Positions 13,291-26,124 of a stretch of 64,000 nucleotides of DNA are shown in pieces (positions within the stretch are counted from its first letter, which is position 1; every line of letters begins with the position of its first letter). The notes under the pieces were generated by a model. It ran no database searches. It saw only the letters and a program-made list of their open reading frames with translations, and was not told the DNA's origin. Both the position numbers and the translations under genes were made by a program. Source of the stretch: Mobula birostris (Eukaryota); contig NC_092370.1 of assembly GCF_030028105.1 (NCBI RefSeq), positions 125,018,221 to 125,082,220 of the forward strand, given 5' to 3'.

Positions 13291-14396
13291 TATGCATGTG
13301 ATGTTTAGTTCACCAAGTTTACAGCTACACATAATATGTTTTAGTTGTGAGTTCTAGTTTCTGAACTTTTGACAGCATTAGTGTTAATGCCCTGGATGAT
13401 TGCATTTACCCTTTTAGTTTGAAATTAGTTCAGAATAGGTCTGATTCCTCATCAGCAAATAGACCTGCTGCTACTAGTCCACTATTATGCGAGATGTCAA
13501 ACACGTACTTCTCCTCTTGTCACAAACCTTTCTGTTTCTGAAAGCTTTCAGAAATAAAATTGCTTCACATGTAGACAACCCAGGGAGATGTAAACGTATA
13601 TGTCCACCTGAATATAAAAAAGAACGAAACATCAAGCAACTTCACAAAACAAACATGATGATTGCTGGATTATTCTCAGCACCTTTCCAACAATTCCAGT
13701 CTCATGTAAATCCACAGCTACACAAATTATATTTCCTTGAAATTCTCTTCCCCCAGAGAGCTGTGGAAACCAAATATTTGAATATTCATGTCAGAGATTT
13801 AAGTTCTTAAAGAGCTTTTGGCTCAGCAAACATTTTGAAAGCCAAACAAGAAAATAGGTCAAATCAAAATATAAAATCAGGCATGATTTTATTCAGTGGC
13901 ATAAAAGTGAAGGCACTAATTGGTCTAATCATTTTCTGGACCATACCTCTCTGCAGTTTCACTTGACACCAGGAATCCTTGTTTGTCTGATAATGGGATA
14001 GAGCCAAAGGTAAAATGGAAGCAACCATCCTTCTCTCTTATATGAGACAATGAGGGGTCTAATGTATTTTGTCATGGCATACTGGTGTGTGTCCACATCT
14101 CTCCTTTAAAGTATCAGCTGCAGCACAGTGGACAACAACTTCATCTCACCGGTAGAACATTGAAAATAGAACAGTACAGCACAGTACAGGCCCTTTGGCT
14201 CACAGTGTTGTGCCAATCTTTGATGTACCCCCCAAGATCAATCTAACCCTTCACTCCCACATAGCTCTCCATTTTTCTTTAATCTATGTGCTTGCAGGTT
14301 CAAGTTTCAAACTCAGAGACCAAGTAGAAAAGTTTTGATTGACCCTCTCATAACACATGTAAAATCCAGCCTTAGTCAAAGTAAAATTGATTATCA

Positions 14397-14398
<2 letters not shown>

Positions 14399-14434
<36 letters not shown>
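14399..14434. repeat. (GT)n microsatellite
   Basis: Direct reading. Confidence 0.95.
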
Positions 14435-14436
<2 letters not shown>

Positions 14437-14640
14437 GTTGTCCCACTAAGTCTGTCCCTAAGTGGTTACAATGACCTGAAATATCCATTGTTTAAGCTGA
14501 ATGTACGGTTGCCAAAGCTTATTGGGAATGGTAGCAAGTTTGGAGCTACTACAGTCACCTGCATACTTTGCACACATATTTCATAGTTTATAAAAGCTTT
14601 GCAGTGATATGTTAAAAGTCATATGTGTAAAAGCTATGCT

Positions 14641-14858
14641 TTATAAATCATTGTATTTTGTCACAGATGTATCAAGAAGCCAATTATAAATCATTGTATT
14701 TTGTCACAGATGTATCAAGAAGCCAGTTATAAATCATTGTATTTTGTCACAAATGTATCAAGAAGCCAATTATAAATCATTGTATTTTGTCACAGATGTA
14801 TCAAGAAGACAGTTATAAATCATTGTATTTTGTCACAAATGTATCAAGAAGCCAGTTA
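14641..14858. repeat. Minisatellite, 5 x 43 bp
   Basis: Unit TTATAAATCATTGTATTTTGTCACA(G/A)ATGTATCAAGAAG(C/A)CA(A/G) starts at 14641, 14684, 14727, 14770 and 14813; no spacers. Confidence 0.97.
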
Positions 14859-15714
14859 AGATTGCTAAAATTCTTAAGGGGTTGAATGACATGTACAGAA
14901 TGTGTCTTCATGTGGGGACGTCATCAAAGATCAACTTTATTCACCATATACATTTACATTTGTGAGGAATTTGTTGTGGTATATCGTATATAGTGAGAGA
15001 ATGCTGCACCAACCCAGAGGTTGATGGCTGATGTGAGAAAACGCTCTATAATGGCAATGTAGAATTACACCAGTATGTTCCCAGGAAGATGGAGTTTTGC
15101 CAAATGCCACAAGAAATACATCCTCCGCCAGGCCTTTTTGTTAATGAAAGGTGATATGACATGAGTATTCGATCTTTATTAGTAAATCTAACCGGGATTT
15201 CAGGCATAACCTTTTTTACCCAGAGAGAGTGATGAGTATTGATCTGGCTTCCACAGAGACTTTGCACCTATTTGTGGCAAAGCTAGATCCAGAAGGAAAG
15301 AATAGAAGAAAAAGTGAATGGGATTGGATAACAGAAAGTTGGTTTGGGGCAAGGTGAACCTTACTATGTACATTAATTTTGCTTACAAGCTGCAAGAAAA
15401 AAAATGAATAAAAGAAGTCCAAAGATTGCACATGGTGGAAATCTGAAATACAATCTGAAAATGTAACCTGTTCTACTGCTGCTGAGGGAATTATGCTGCT
15501 TCCTTAGAAAAGTGTGCGTCTGAAGAAACAGGCAACACAGCTTTGTTTCTCTCTCTTAGAAAGCATTTTGAGGTCTAAATATTAGGCAAATATGAGCCAA
15601 ATAACAAGCTGCATGAGATGGTTTAGTGTCAAAGGTGAGCAAAGAGAAGGCAGATCATTAGGTGGACATTGTTAGCTTAATTTCACTATGTCTCAGGTGT
15701 GCATTTTTGCGATA

Positions 15715-15870
15715 TGAGATTGCAGGTGCTGGAACCTGGAGCAACACATAAAGAACCTGGAGGAACTCAGCGAGTTAGGGACCTGGATGGAAATGGTCAG
15801 TCGACGTTTCAGGTTGAGACATTTCACCTGGACTGAAAGCCAGAGGAAATAGCCAGTGTAAAGAGATAAA
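15715..15870 (-). mobile_element. Penelope-like pLTR remnant
   Basis: CTGGAGGAACTCAGC...CAGTCGACGTTTCAGGTTGAGAC...CCTGGACTGA (decayed hammerhead on minus). Confidence 0.7.
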
Positions 15871-16195
15871 AATGTGGGGCTTTGCCTAATGATTTGTTGT
15901 TCCTTATAGACAAGATGAGGCAAAGCCACTGGTGAAGGCCTTTCCTATTGCATACATTGGAACCACAGGCAGAGTGATACAATGTGGAGGTAGGCTCTTC
16001 AGACCACTGAGTGTGTGTCAAGGAAGGTTCCAGAACTTGAGTGTCTGACCATACAAGGTGGAACCATGAAAATAGAGAATACTCAAGAAGCCAGAATTGG
16101 TGAAGTACAGCTGTCTTGACCAGAGCTTGGCAGGATAGTAGGTTACAGATAAGAGCAGTGTGAGAACTGTGATATTGTTGGAACACATAGACATA

Positions 16196-17076
16196 CAGTG
16201 GCGTGCAAAAGTTTGGGCACCCCTGGTCAAAACTTCTGTTACTGTGAATAGCTATTCAAAAGGTTCAAAGGAACATCTTAACAAGCCTGATGCATTTTGG
16301 AAACAAGTCCTGTGAACTGATGAAGTTAAAATAGAACTTTTTGGCCGCAATGAGCAAAGGGTGCAGAATTTCATGAAAAGAACCCCTCTCCAACTGTTAA
16401 GCACGGGGTGGGGGGGTGGATCGATCATGCTTTGGGCTTGTGTTGCAGCCTGGGGAACATTTACTGGTAGAGGGAAGAATGAATTCAATTAAATACCAGC
16501 AAATCCTGGAAGCAAGCATCACACCCTCTGTAAAAAAAAAGCCGAAGATGAAAAGAGGAAGGCTTCTACAACAGGACGATGAACCTAAATATGCCTTAAA
16601 GTCCACAATGGACTACCTCAAGAGGCGCAAGCTGAAGGTTTTGCCATGGCCCTCACAGTCCCTCGACCTAAACATCATCAAAGATCTGTGGATAGATCTC
16701 AAAAGAGCAGTGCATGCAAGACGGCCCAAGAATCTCACAGAACTAAAAGCCTTTTGCAAGGAAGAATGGGTGAAAATCCCCCAAACAAAAATTGAAAGAC
16801 TCTTATCTGGCTACAAAAAGCATTTACAAGCTGTGATACTTGCCAAAGGGGGTACTGCCATGAAGGATGCCCAAACTTTTGCTTCAGGCCCTTTTCCTTT
16901 TTTGTTATTTTGAAACTGTAAAAGATGGAAATAAAAGAGTTTTGTTGCTGAAAATAGTAAAGAAATGTGTCATTTTTAACTTTATGCCTTTTGGAAATCA
17001 GTTCATCTTTTACTCGCTTAGCTATTCACAGTAACAGAAATTTTGACCGGGGTGCCCAAACTTTTGCATGCCACTA
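16196..17076 (+). mobile_element. Tc1 (DD34E) internally deleted copy
   Basis: TA-CAGTGGCGTGCAAAAGTTTGGGCACCCC ... GGGGTGCCCAAACTTTTGCATGCCACTA. ORF 16416-16913 has QQDDEPK...WPSQSLDLNIIKDLW. DNA-binding domain is deleted. Same family as 52232-54134. Confidence 0.95.
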
Positions 17077-17704
17077 CAAATGGCAGAAGATAGTGTCAAA
17101 TCATTCTTGTGATGTTTTCCTTAATGTTGCTGTAGAAATGCAAGTTAGTGAGCAATAATTAAATATATTTATTTCTTCCGGTAAATTTTTGTATGAGAGT
17201 AAAGAGGAAACACGAGATTTCCTTGAGTAGATCTTTAAATTGTTGGAGGGTAGGTTCTTTCTGTAGAACACAGAAGGAATAAATATTCAGCAGGGTCATC
17301 GTCAAAATCAGATTTTCCATGTCTGCTATCAAAACCCTTCATTTTCCATGAACAGTAGAAGTGGAAGAAAGCTGGGAGTTAGTTGAAACCCTATGGTTTT
17401 AATTAGCTTCTTCACTAAGTTCATTTATCCCATCTTGCTTTGCAGATTAAACTAAGACTAAATGCAGGGCTCAAGTCTTTAATCACAACAATTTAGGCCA
17501 CATTTTAACCTTGCTCTTTTCTAAATTTCTATTAGACCTTATGGCGATTCTTCATAACTTCCCCAGTAGCTTTTTTTAATTTCCTTATGTAAAACTATCT
17601 GGGTTAAAAATTGATTTTTTTCTGCAAGTTCCAAAATTTTACATTTGATAACCAATACAGTGAGGCTTTTTAAAAACATGTCTGCACTCATAAAATTGCA
17701 TTAT

Positions 17705-17870
17705 CAATTTTGCATTTATATTATGCCTTTCATAACCTGAAGACATCGAGGAGAGCTTTACAACCAGATTAAGTGCATCTGGACTGTAACCATTGACAAA
17801 ATGGAGAACACATTATGGCCATTTAGTAAATAGCAGGTGCCCACAGACATGGTAATAAGGTGGTTAATTA
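17705..17870 (-). mobile_element. Ancient SINE/LINE-tail remnant (SacSINE1-like 3' part)
   Basis: TTGCATTTATATTATGCCTTTCATAACCTGAAGACATC...GCTTTACAACCA; similar decayed copies near 8605 and 21445. Confidence 0.5.
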
Positions 17871-19482
17871 GTTCTGCTATCCCTGCACAGTTCTTGATTA
17901 ATCAACATGTGTATTTTTTTCTAATGTAATAGACATAATTAAAAAATAGAGCTTTAAGTACAAAGAAATGGAAAATTGCATTCAGCTTTTCCAGCTTTAT
18001 TCTGGCTCCTAACTTGTAAACATTCCGAACCTCTAAAGTAAAATGTCACACAGGATGGGAAAAGATTTGCATTCTGCATCTTTGTCATCTTCGTAGTCAA
18101 AGAGAAAATGTTTGAATGATGATCATACGTCTATTGCTTTCTTGGAAATAGAATCATTTTCATATTCACAAAGGTTCATGGGCTTCATGAAGAATTCTCG
18201 GGAAGAAGAGTTCTTTCCAACATGTGGCTTTTATATGCCACAAAAATTTCCTTTTTAGCAGCAGCACGGCACATTACAGACATGAATTACAGAAACTTCA
18301 ATTGATATAAATTATATATAACTTGCACAACACAGTAAACAAAAATAATATGACAACATTTGTGCAGACTGAGGGAAACGTGGGAGTCAGAAATATTTGA
18401 GATTTTTTTTTTCAGGTCAGTGACTGTGGGGATGAAGCTATAGAACTGAGCAAGTTATCCACATAAAGATTATTGAGTCATGTCACCTTGCAGCAATTTA
18501 ATGCATTAGTTGATCAAGCAAAGTTAACCTGAAAAACTTGAAGTCATTTGAATTGTATCAGAGCACTTGAAACTATTGCCCTGATTAGAGTAGTTGTTTC
18601 TGTGGAACTGGGCAAATTACCCACGTAACGAGGGTGTTGAGGTGATTTGATGCATTAGTTAGTCAAAAATGCTTCATATGGAACAGTGAGACATCATTAG
18701 AGTCTGCTCGCCCACAGGAGATACTCAGCTAGACTTGAATATCAGTTATCCCACAGTTAAACGTGCCTGTGCATGAGTGATTGAGCACTCTGACTGACCA
18801 ACTCTTTTCGGAAGAAGTTTTCAATCAACCATTAAACTGGAAATGCATACAGAAATGGTTCTGGCCAGTAGCACTTTGGAATGGATTAATGGAAAGGGAA
18901 ATCTTGGAGACTATTGAAAGTGATTGAGCTGAGTAAATTAGTCTATTGAGTCATACAGCACAGAAATGGGCCTGTTGGTCCATGCCATCTATACAAGTCC
19001 CATTTTTACATTAGGCCGATACCCCTCTAAACCTTTCTATCTAAGTACCTATCAATATACCTTCTGAATGTTGTAACTATATCTGCCTCTACAATCTCCT
19101 TTGCTCATTCAAAATAATCTCCACTTTCTGTATGAAAAATAATTTTGAAGAAATAGATTTCAAGTTCTGGCATTGCCAGCAGCATCTACTGTATATCCCA
19201 TAAAATGAATGAATTAATTTATTAATTGGATAGTAGATTGATTCATTGGGATACAATGCAGAATAGGCCCTTCGAGCCACGCCACCCAGCAGTCCCCAGA
19301 TTTAACCCTAGCCTAATCATGGGGCAATTTATAATGACCAATTAACCTACCAACCAGTGCATCTTTGGACTTGTGGAAGGAAACTGGAGCACTCAGAGAA
19401 AACCAACGCGGTCACTGGGCGAACGTACAAACTCCTTACAGGCAGCGGTGGGAATTAAACATGGGTCGACTGTACTGTAAGG

Positions 19483-20231
19483 CAGGGGTCCAACCCTTTT
19501 TGCACCGCGGACCGGCTTAATATTGACAATATTCTTGCGGACCCACCGACCGGTGGTGGGGGGGGTGTTCAAGTAGGGTTAAACTCACCTCAACATGTCT
19601 TTTACAGTTAGGGTTGCTAACTTTCTCACTCCCAAATAAGGGACAAAAGTAGCTGTCAAATCCCGGGACACTTTACCCCAGGAAAGACTACCATGACCAT
19701 GAAGCCTTGCGTGGGCACCTGTGTGTGCATGCATGACGTGCACATCTGATGTGCGCATGCGCGTACATGCGGATTTTCTCGGTTTTGCCTTCATCTTCAC
19801 GACTACACTGTACATACATTATTTCTACTTTATATAGGCTGTGTATTTATCATATCATTATTGCTTTTACTATACGTTAGTGTTATTTATTTTCGGTTTT
19901 ATGTGTTATTTGATTTAATTTGTTAGGTTATTTTTTGGGTCTGGGAACGCTCAAAAATTTTTCCCATATAAATTAATGGTAATTGCTTCTTTCCTTCACG
20001 CCATTTCGGCACAAATGGTTTCATAGGAACGCTCTACCTTAGCGGGGGTAATATGGGACAAACCAATTTAGCCCAATATACGGGATGTCCCGGCAAATAC
20101 GGGACAGTTGGTAACCCTATGTTCAAGTTCAACAGTGCATAACAGGGAATGAGGAAAGGTGCAGCTGACTCATATCGTTTCCTCACGGCCCAGTAGCACA
20201 TGCTTTGCGGCCCGGTGGTTGGGGACCGCTG
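19483..20231. mobile_element. Non-autonomous hAT (Charlie/Tip100-like) composite element
   Basis: Termini CAGGGGTCCAACC ... GGTTGGGGACCGCTG. 8-bp TSD CTGTAAGG (19475-19482) / CTGTAAAG (20232-20239). Confidence 0.88.
19574..20119. mobile_element. Nested hAT-Blackjack-like element
   Basis: Termini TAGGGTT (19574; internal TAGGGTTGCTAAC at 19609) ... GTTGGTAACCCTA. Perfect 8-bp TSD TGTTCAAG at 19566-19573 and 20120-20127. Subterminal GGGACA repeats. Confidence 0.85.
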
Positions 20232-22494
20232 CTGTAAAGCATTGTGCTACCCACTATCCTACTGTGCTGCCCATAGCCTGATTCATAAGCAGGTGGAGTC
20301 TGGTGAAATACTCCTTCCAATATCATAAGAAACCAAATCTGTTGTTTTCAAAATAACTCTAGAATGCTTTTTGTTCGTGTTGTATCTCATGGCCGAGCTT
20401 GTGACAGAAGGCAGTGGTTTGTATTACCTTGTGGTTGTGTTTGACCTGATGAAACTTGGGATGTTCAAGAGAGTTTTCTTCAGAATTAATAAGGAACTGA
20501 ATTACTTGGAGAATGAAGCTTCAGATTTTTTTTTATTTAACAAAAGCTCCCCCAGCCTCATTGAGTTTGGTCTAATAAATCAAGATGTCACTAAAGTACA
20601 AAAATTCCCACAAACCTTTCATTAATTAACAGCTGATGCGTAGGATTTGAATTCATATTTCTGGGCCAATAGACCAGAGCTCCAGATACCATGCAATTTT
20701 GTATGAGTTTGTATACTATAAACTGAAATTTCCTTTTTTAAAGTACTTAAAATTTTAAAAAAAACAGCATTATACACAATTTCAAAAAGAAAATGTCATT
20801 AGAGGTTTTGGAGATTGCTTCATTCTGGATCCCATAACAATGCAATACATCATGTTGTGCCTGCAGTAGATTACACTCAATATTAGTTTAACAATACCAG
20901 TGGTAGTAGAATCTCGTACAGTTAATTAAATGTGAAAGTTGTCAAAAAAGAAAAATTTAATTTCAAGTAACGTTTCAAAATTCTAATGTGGAAAAAACAT
21001 TGCTTATTACAGCTTTGACAATGAATTGAAGGATTATTGTTACCACAGTAATTGTCACTAAGAAAATATTGCAGTGCGATTTAGTTATGCATAAACTGCG
21101 TACAGAGCTAATTGCAGAGGCTATATAGAGTAAACAAAAAATATTTAGTAATCAAATTATCTTCCTTGTTTTCTTGAACTGTGAGCATAATGATTCCATC
21201 TTGCTAAAATAGGAATATCAATTCTGTGATTATGGTCAGTCTGGAATATTTAATATTTATATTGTAATATAAGTTAAATATGATTATGTAAGTGGTCATG
21301 CAACTGCTATAATTTACACAAAGGTAAAATGGCAATACATGTTTTCAATTAAAACTTTCTACTGAATTGGGATCCAGTTTATACTTTCCAAGCAATTGGG
21401 TGGTAGATTATCCTTAACACTTCAACTGCTATGTAAAAATCAGTTGCATGCACTTTGTACCTTTTCACATTTGTCTCAAAGCACTTCATAGCAAATGTAA
21501 TGTTTCTGACATGTAGCCAGTTGGATGGTAACGGCAGTGAGTTTGCACTCAGTAAATGTTCGCAAGCAGTTTCCTGTTGATTGCATATGCTTGTGGCAGG
21601 CGAGGGAAGTTTATACTATTTGACCTTTCACCTTCCCTTCCCCACTCCCATCACCACTGCCCCCACTGTTCCCACCTGCATATTATCCCTCCTTTATCTG
21701 GTTCCACTTTTCGCCTACCTTTCTAAACATCCTCCATAATCTCCACCTCTCCACCGTGTGTCATTATCTCCACCCTTCCTTTTCCCCACCTGTCTCTATC
21801 TGTCAGTCAATCCCTCTTGGTTCCAGATTCCATCAGCTATAGTCTGTTGTGTATTCAGCTACAGTCCACAAAGATTGGGATCAATCACATTGGTCTTGCT
21901 GCTCCATTATGGTTCATCATTACCAAATGCAAAGTATAGACTTGATCATGCATCAAGAAAGGTTTAGCTGATTAGTATCGCACCCAATATTGAAAAAATT
22001 GCCACTAGATGAAAATTGTAGCTTATGGAAATATAAATTCCATACAATATTTACATATTTTGAACATTTATCTAGAATGACTTACAAACACACATAAATG
22101 CCATGGAATTACACTGTATTGTCAAAAGCAGCTAGCGGTGCATTTTGTTTCATTTTTCTAAATGCTGCAGATAAAAGGAAAAGCATGCTAATGTTAGAAG
22201 TGCACAGTAGGACATGAGTTACCAGAAGATTTTTCAAAGCACTTGTTTTGAATCCAACTGTTCTGAATTTTCTGCTCACTTTTTTCATGGAGTTTAATTT
22301 CTGTCATTGCATTGGGAAGAGGAAAACTTAAATTTCTACATTGCCACATCATCAAGCTGTCAGGAATGACTTTACAGCCATTGACAAACGTTAGAGTTGT
22401 AATTGCCTTTATAATGCAGAAAATACAGAAGCACTCTGTGCAGACAGCTTTCACAGAACAATCAGATAAAGGCCAGATGACCTTTGACTGAGGG

Positions 22495-22640
22495 ACAGGT
22501 ATTGACCAGGAATGCAATAAATTCTCCTACTTTTCTTCCTGATCTTTTGCATCGGAGAGAACGGACTGGGTCTTGGTTTTAAAAATTGGTGCCTTTTGAC
22601 ATATTGCATTCTCTCAGTATTGCATTAAAGTGGCAGTTTT
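22495..22640 (-). mobile_element. Deu-domain SINE remnant
   Basis: ATTGACCAGGA...TTCTCCTACTTTTCTT...GATCTTTTGCATC...GCATTCTCTCAGTATTGCATT. Confidence 0.5.
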
Positions 22641-22751
22641 GTCAGACAGAAAAATATTCCATCTCTCCATTGCCCGAACTTTTGAAGTTAACTGCCAGTA
22701 TTGCAGACTGAACTCTGATACAGAACTTGGTCTTCCTTCATCTCTCCTGAG

Positions 22752-22835
22752 CAAGGATTCCCAACCTGTGGTCCACAGACCCCTTTGTTAATGGTGGGTC
22801 CATTGTATTGGCGTAAAAAAAGGCTGGGAACCCGG
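22752..22835. mobile_element. Tiny hAT-Charlie-like MITE
   Basis: CAAGGATTCCCAACC ... GGCTGGGAACCCGG followed by GTCTAGAG (NTCTAGAN-type target); left TSD is decayed. Confidence 0.55.
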
Positions 22836-24379
22836 GTCTAGAGAATGAGCCCAAGAAAATGTGAGCGCACCGCACAAATTAAGGGAACACTCTCTCCCAG
22901 TACGACACCCATTAGGTTATGTTCCATCTTCCAAGTTCTTGCCCTAAACAATCCTTCAGTAGTAAAAGAGCGATGATCTGCACAGCCATGTCTGAAGCCA
23001 ATAAAGTGATCCATAACTTCATCAAACTGCATAATTCTGCTATTCAAATAACAGGAGAGTGAGTGGAGTTTAAACCTCAACCTAATACCTCTGGCACCAC
23101 AATGACTCATCAGAAGATCCAACAAGCAATGCTGAAGATGCTGTCAAAAAAGTACATTAATTAGACAGTGGAACAGCCAAACTGAAACACCTTGATGCAA
23201 GTAGATGATACCTTTGATGACCCTCTAGTATGATGTCGATCTGTACCAGTATTCTTTCAATTAGTAATGAAACAAAATGTTGCAATGTATATGAGCTTCT
23301 AACTCCTCACAAATGGAATGGTTGCTCTTTGAGGTTCTGGCCCTCCCGATGCTACTTTTAGAGAAGTGCGGCAGGCAATGAAAATATGTCACTATTATTA
23401 CGGATCAAGACGAGTTGCAATCTTTCCCAAAACCCAGAGCACATATCCGTTGAAAATAACATTGTGTTGCCATCGTTCTCTTTAAAGAAATAATCAGTGA
23501 GAGTGACAAATGACTTTTTTCAATCAAGTAACCTTGTTGTTTTCCTTCTATTTGATGCCATGAAGGAAAGATAACCTAAGCCTAAATCTAAACCAAAACT
23601 ACAACAACCAAACCAATAAAGCCACTTGGAAATCAATTTTTTGCAACCTAAGTACTAATTTTTAAATCTTCCAAATCTATTGACCTTCCTTAATTTAAAA
23701 TTAAACACAAGAGACATAATATCTCATTACTGTTGTACTTTTGTATTCTAATCTTTGTCCAAGACAGATTTGCTCATTAACTTCTTAAATTTCAACCCCC
23801 CCCGCCCCCCAGTAGTTCCACTGGCAGGCTTTAGTGTTGAGGTAATTATCTTGACTTTTGTGTTAGAACTGACACCCAAGCCTTTACTGCCAACCGCTTA
23901 AAAGCATTGTGTTCTAAGGGAACAAAAAAGGTGCAGTGCCAGAATCTCTAACAACATGATGATCGATAGGTAGAAGATTTCAGACTTTCAAAACAATGTT
24001 CCAGTGATGTATATTCCAATCACTGAAAACCTAGATCACAGTACATACTCTATTGGCTTATTCCTGATCTTAGCTCAAAGTTTCTTTGCAGGGCATGGGT
24101 CTTTAGATCTCTCAAGTCAAAAAAAAGAAAGACATACCAGGTTTTTTTTAGGCTGTTGGTAACATAATCCTTAAAGCAATGTTCATATATTAACCAAGGA
24201 TTGTTTGTCAGAATTGGGAAAAGGAAAAGAGAATATGAGGATAAGTCATCAAACTGAAATATTTTGCAGTTTATCTCTCATTTTGAACGTTTTTAGTCAC
24301 GTTAGCAAAATACTACAATACACTTCTCTGTAAAACAGCTCTTCGTTCAAATTACCAGAAGTAATGCCATGAGTGTTAC

Positions 24380-24555
24380 ATCTACCAGCCCCTTCCGTCT
24401 CATCTCTCCCTATACTCCCAGTCCTGATGCAGGGTCTCAACCAGAAACGTCGACCATCCTGTTACCTCCACAAACACTACTTGACCCGCTGAATTCCTCC
24501 ACAAGTTTGATTCTGTTCCAAATTCCAGTATCTGTAGTTTCTTGCGTCTCTGTTT
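24380..24555 (+). mobile_element. Penelope-like pLTR with minimal hammerhead remnant
   Basis: AGTC-CTGATGC-AGGGTCTCAACCA-GAAACGTC-GACC at 24420-24455. Confidence 0.75.
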
Positions 24556-25064
24556 TTAACACCAAGAGACATCCATAATAAACCTGTCGAACAACTGGCC
24601 CTGTTTCTTGTCCCTAGTTATAATGGATAACTGTTACAAGCACATGTGAAACAATGCCTTGTTATGGACAACTGCTCTACTGCTCAAGCATTATCTGTCT
24701 TTAAGGTCACCAACCCTGACTGCCACGAAGTAAACGAAGCCAGGGATCACTGAGTTTAACTACTACATATGGTGAAGAACCTTGTTCTGCTCCCACTTTG
24801 CTTAAATCCATAGCTGCCAATGTCCATTCCCAGATAGTTTGCTCTGTGCAGTTCCAGCAACTAAACTTGTTCTTCCTCATTTATTTTAAAGGGAAAACAT
24901 TAGGTGCAATATAAAATATCACGCATGCATGGTATGTCATTATAGTTATTTATTTAAAATCCTTTGTATTAATGTGTTTTAATGGTTTGGAATTTTGTTT
25001 CAAAACATGAAATGCTTGCTTTTTATTTCTATAAAGAACTCTGAAGTCACTGTGAATTAGGGTC

Positions 25065-25260
25065 ATAAGGGTCTGCAATCTGGGACAACAAACAATCCAC
25101 TAGAAGAATTTAGCAAGTCGAGCAGCATCTGTGGGAGGAAGGAATTGCTGGCATTTTGGGTTGCCAATCCAGATTCAGGGTTTTGACCCAAAATGTTAAC
25201 AATTCCTTTCCTCCCACAGATACTGCTCAACCTGCTAAGTTGCTCCAGCAAATAGTGTGA
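25065..25260. repeat. Head-to-head (palindromic) pLTR pair
   Basis: Arm 25100-25162 is the reverse complement of arm 25185-25248. Confidence 0.8.
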
Positions 25261-25578
25261 ATTGTTCTGCTGCTTAATGGAGTGCCCTTCCATTAGTAGT
25301 GTGAACTCTTATGTCAGATGGTACCATGCTCAGTGACATTTGAGGGACTCTTAATATTGTTTGGAAAAATGGCCTCAAATCCAGCTCAAGGGAAGCAGTT
25401 GTTTTTGAACTGTGTGATGTGTGGCTGTAATCATCTAGTGAGCTGAAATACATTTCACCTGCATCCTAACAGTGATCACCAGGGACAGATGAAATTTCCA
25501 GTTGTGTTCTTCTCACTGAGAGTTTGATTGCAACTTCCCAGGAGTAGTATATTATTCCTTTATCACATATCATGTGTA

Positions 25579-26044
25579 AACTCAGTGACCACTTTATTAG
25601 ATACACCTGTACACATTCTCATTAATGCAATTATCTAATCAGCCAATCGTGGCAGCAACTCAATCCATAAAAGCATGCAGACATGGTCAAGAGGTTCAGT
25701 TGTTGTTCAGACCCAGACATCAGAATTCAGAAGAAATGTGGTCTAAGTAACTTTGACCATGGAACTGGTGCAAAAAACAAAAAACATCCAGTGAGCAGCA
25801 GTTCTTTGGGTGAAAATGCCTTGTTAATCAGAACGATCAGAGAACGGCCAGACGGGTTCAAGCTGCCAAGGCGGCAAAGGGAACTCAAATAACTACGTGT
25901 TAGTTACAGCACTGGTGTGCAAGAAAGCATCTCTGAACGTTGAACTTTGAAGTAGATGGGCTACAACAGCAGAAGACCACGAACATACACTCAATAGCCA
26001 CTTTATTAGGTACAGGAGCTGCCTAGGAAAGTGGCCACAGAGTG
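25579..26044 (+). mobile_element. Tc1-like non-autonomous element
   Basis: TA-AACTCAGTGACCACTTTATTAG ... AAAGTGGCCACAGAGTG-TA. Transposase 5' remnants. Second left-TIR copy at ~25988. Confidence 0.8.
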
Positions 26045-26124
26045 TATGTTCAGCGTAAAAGACAATACTGCTTCCCCTACAGTATTGGGTTATCGGTAGT
26101 TCTAAACATTTATGTAACACATAA

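Larger units (their letters stand above)
19240..20272 (-). mobile_element. V-SINE split by a hAT insertion
   Basis: Head GGGCAGCACAGTAGGATAGTGG at 20272-20250. B box and V domain at 19480-19360 (reverse of GGAAACTGGAGCAC, TCTTTGGAC). Confidence 0.85.

Noticed and set aside
14641-14858. CRISPR-like array
   Set aside because: Units are head-to-tail with no unique spacers, there are no cas genes, and the context is eukaryotic.
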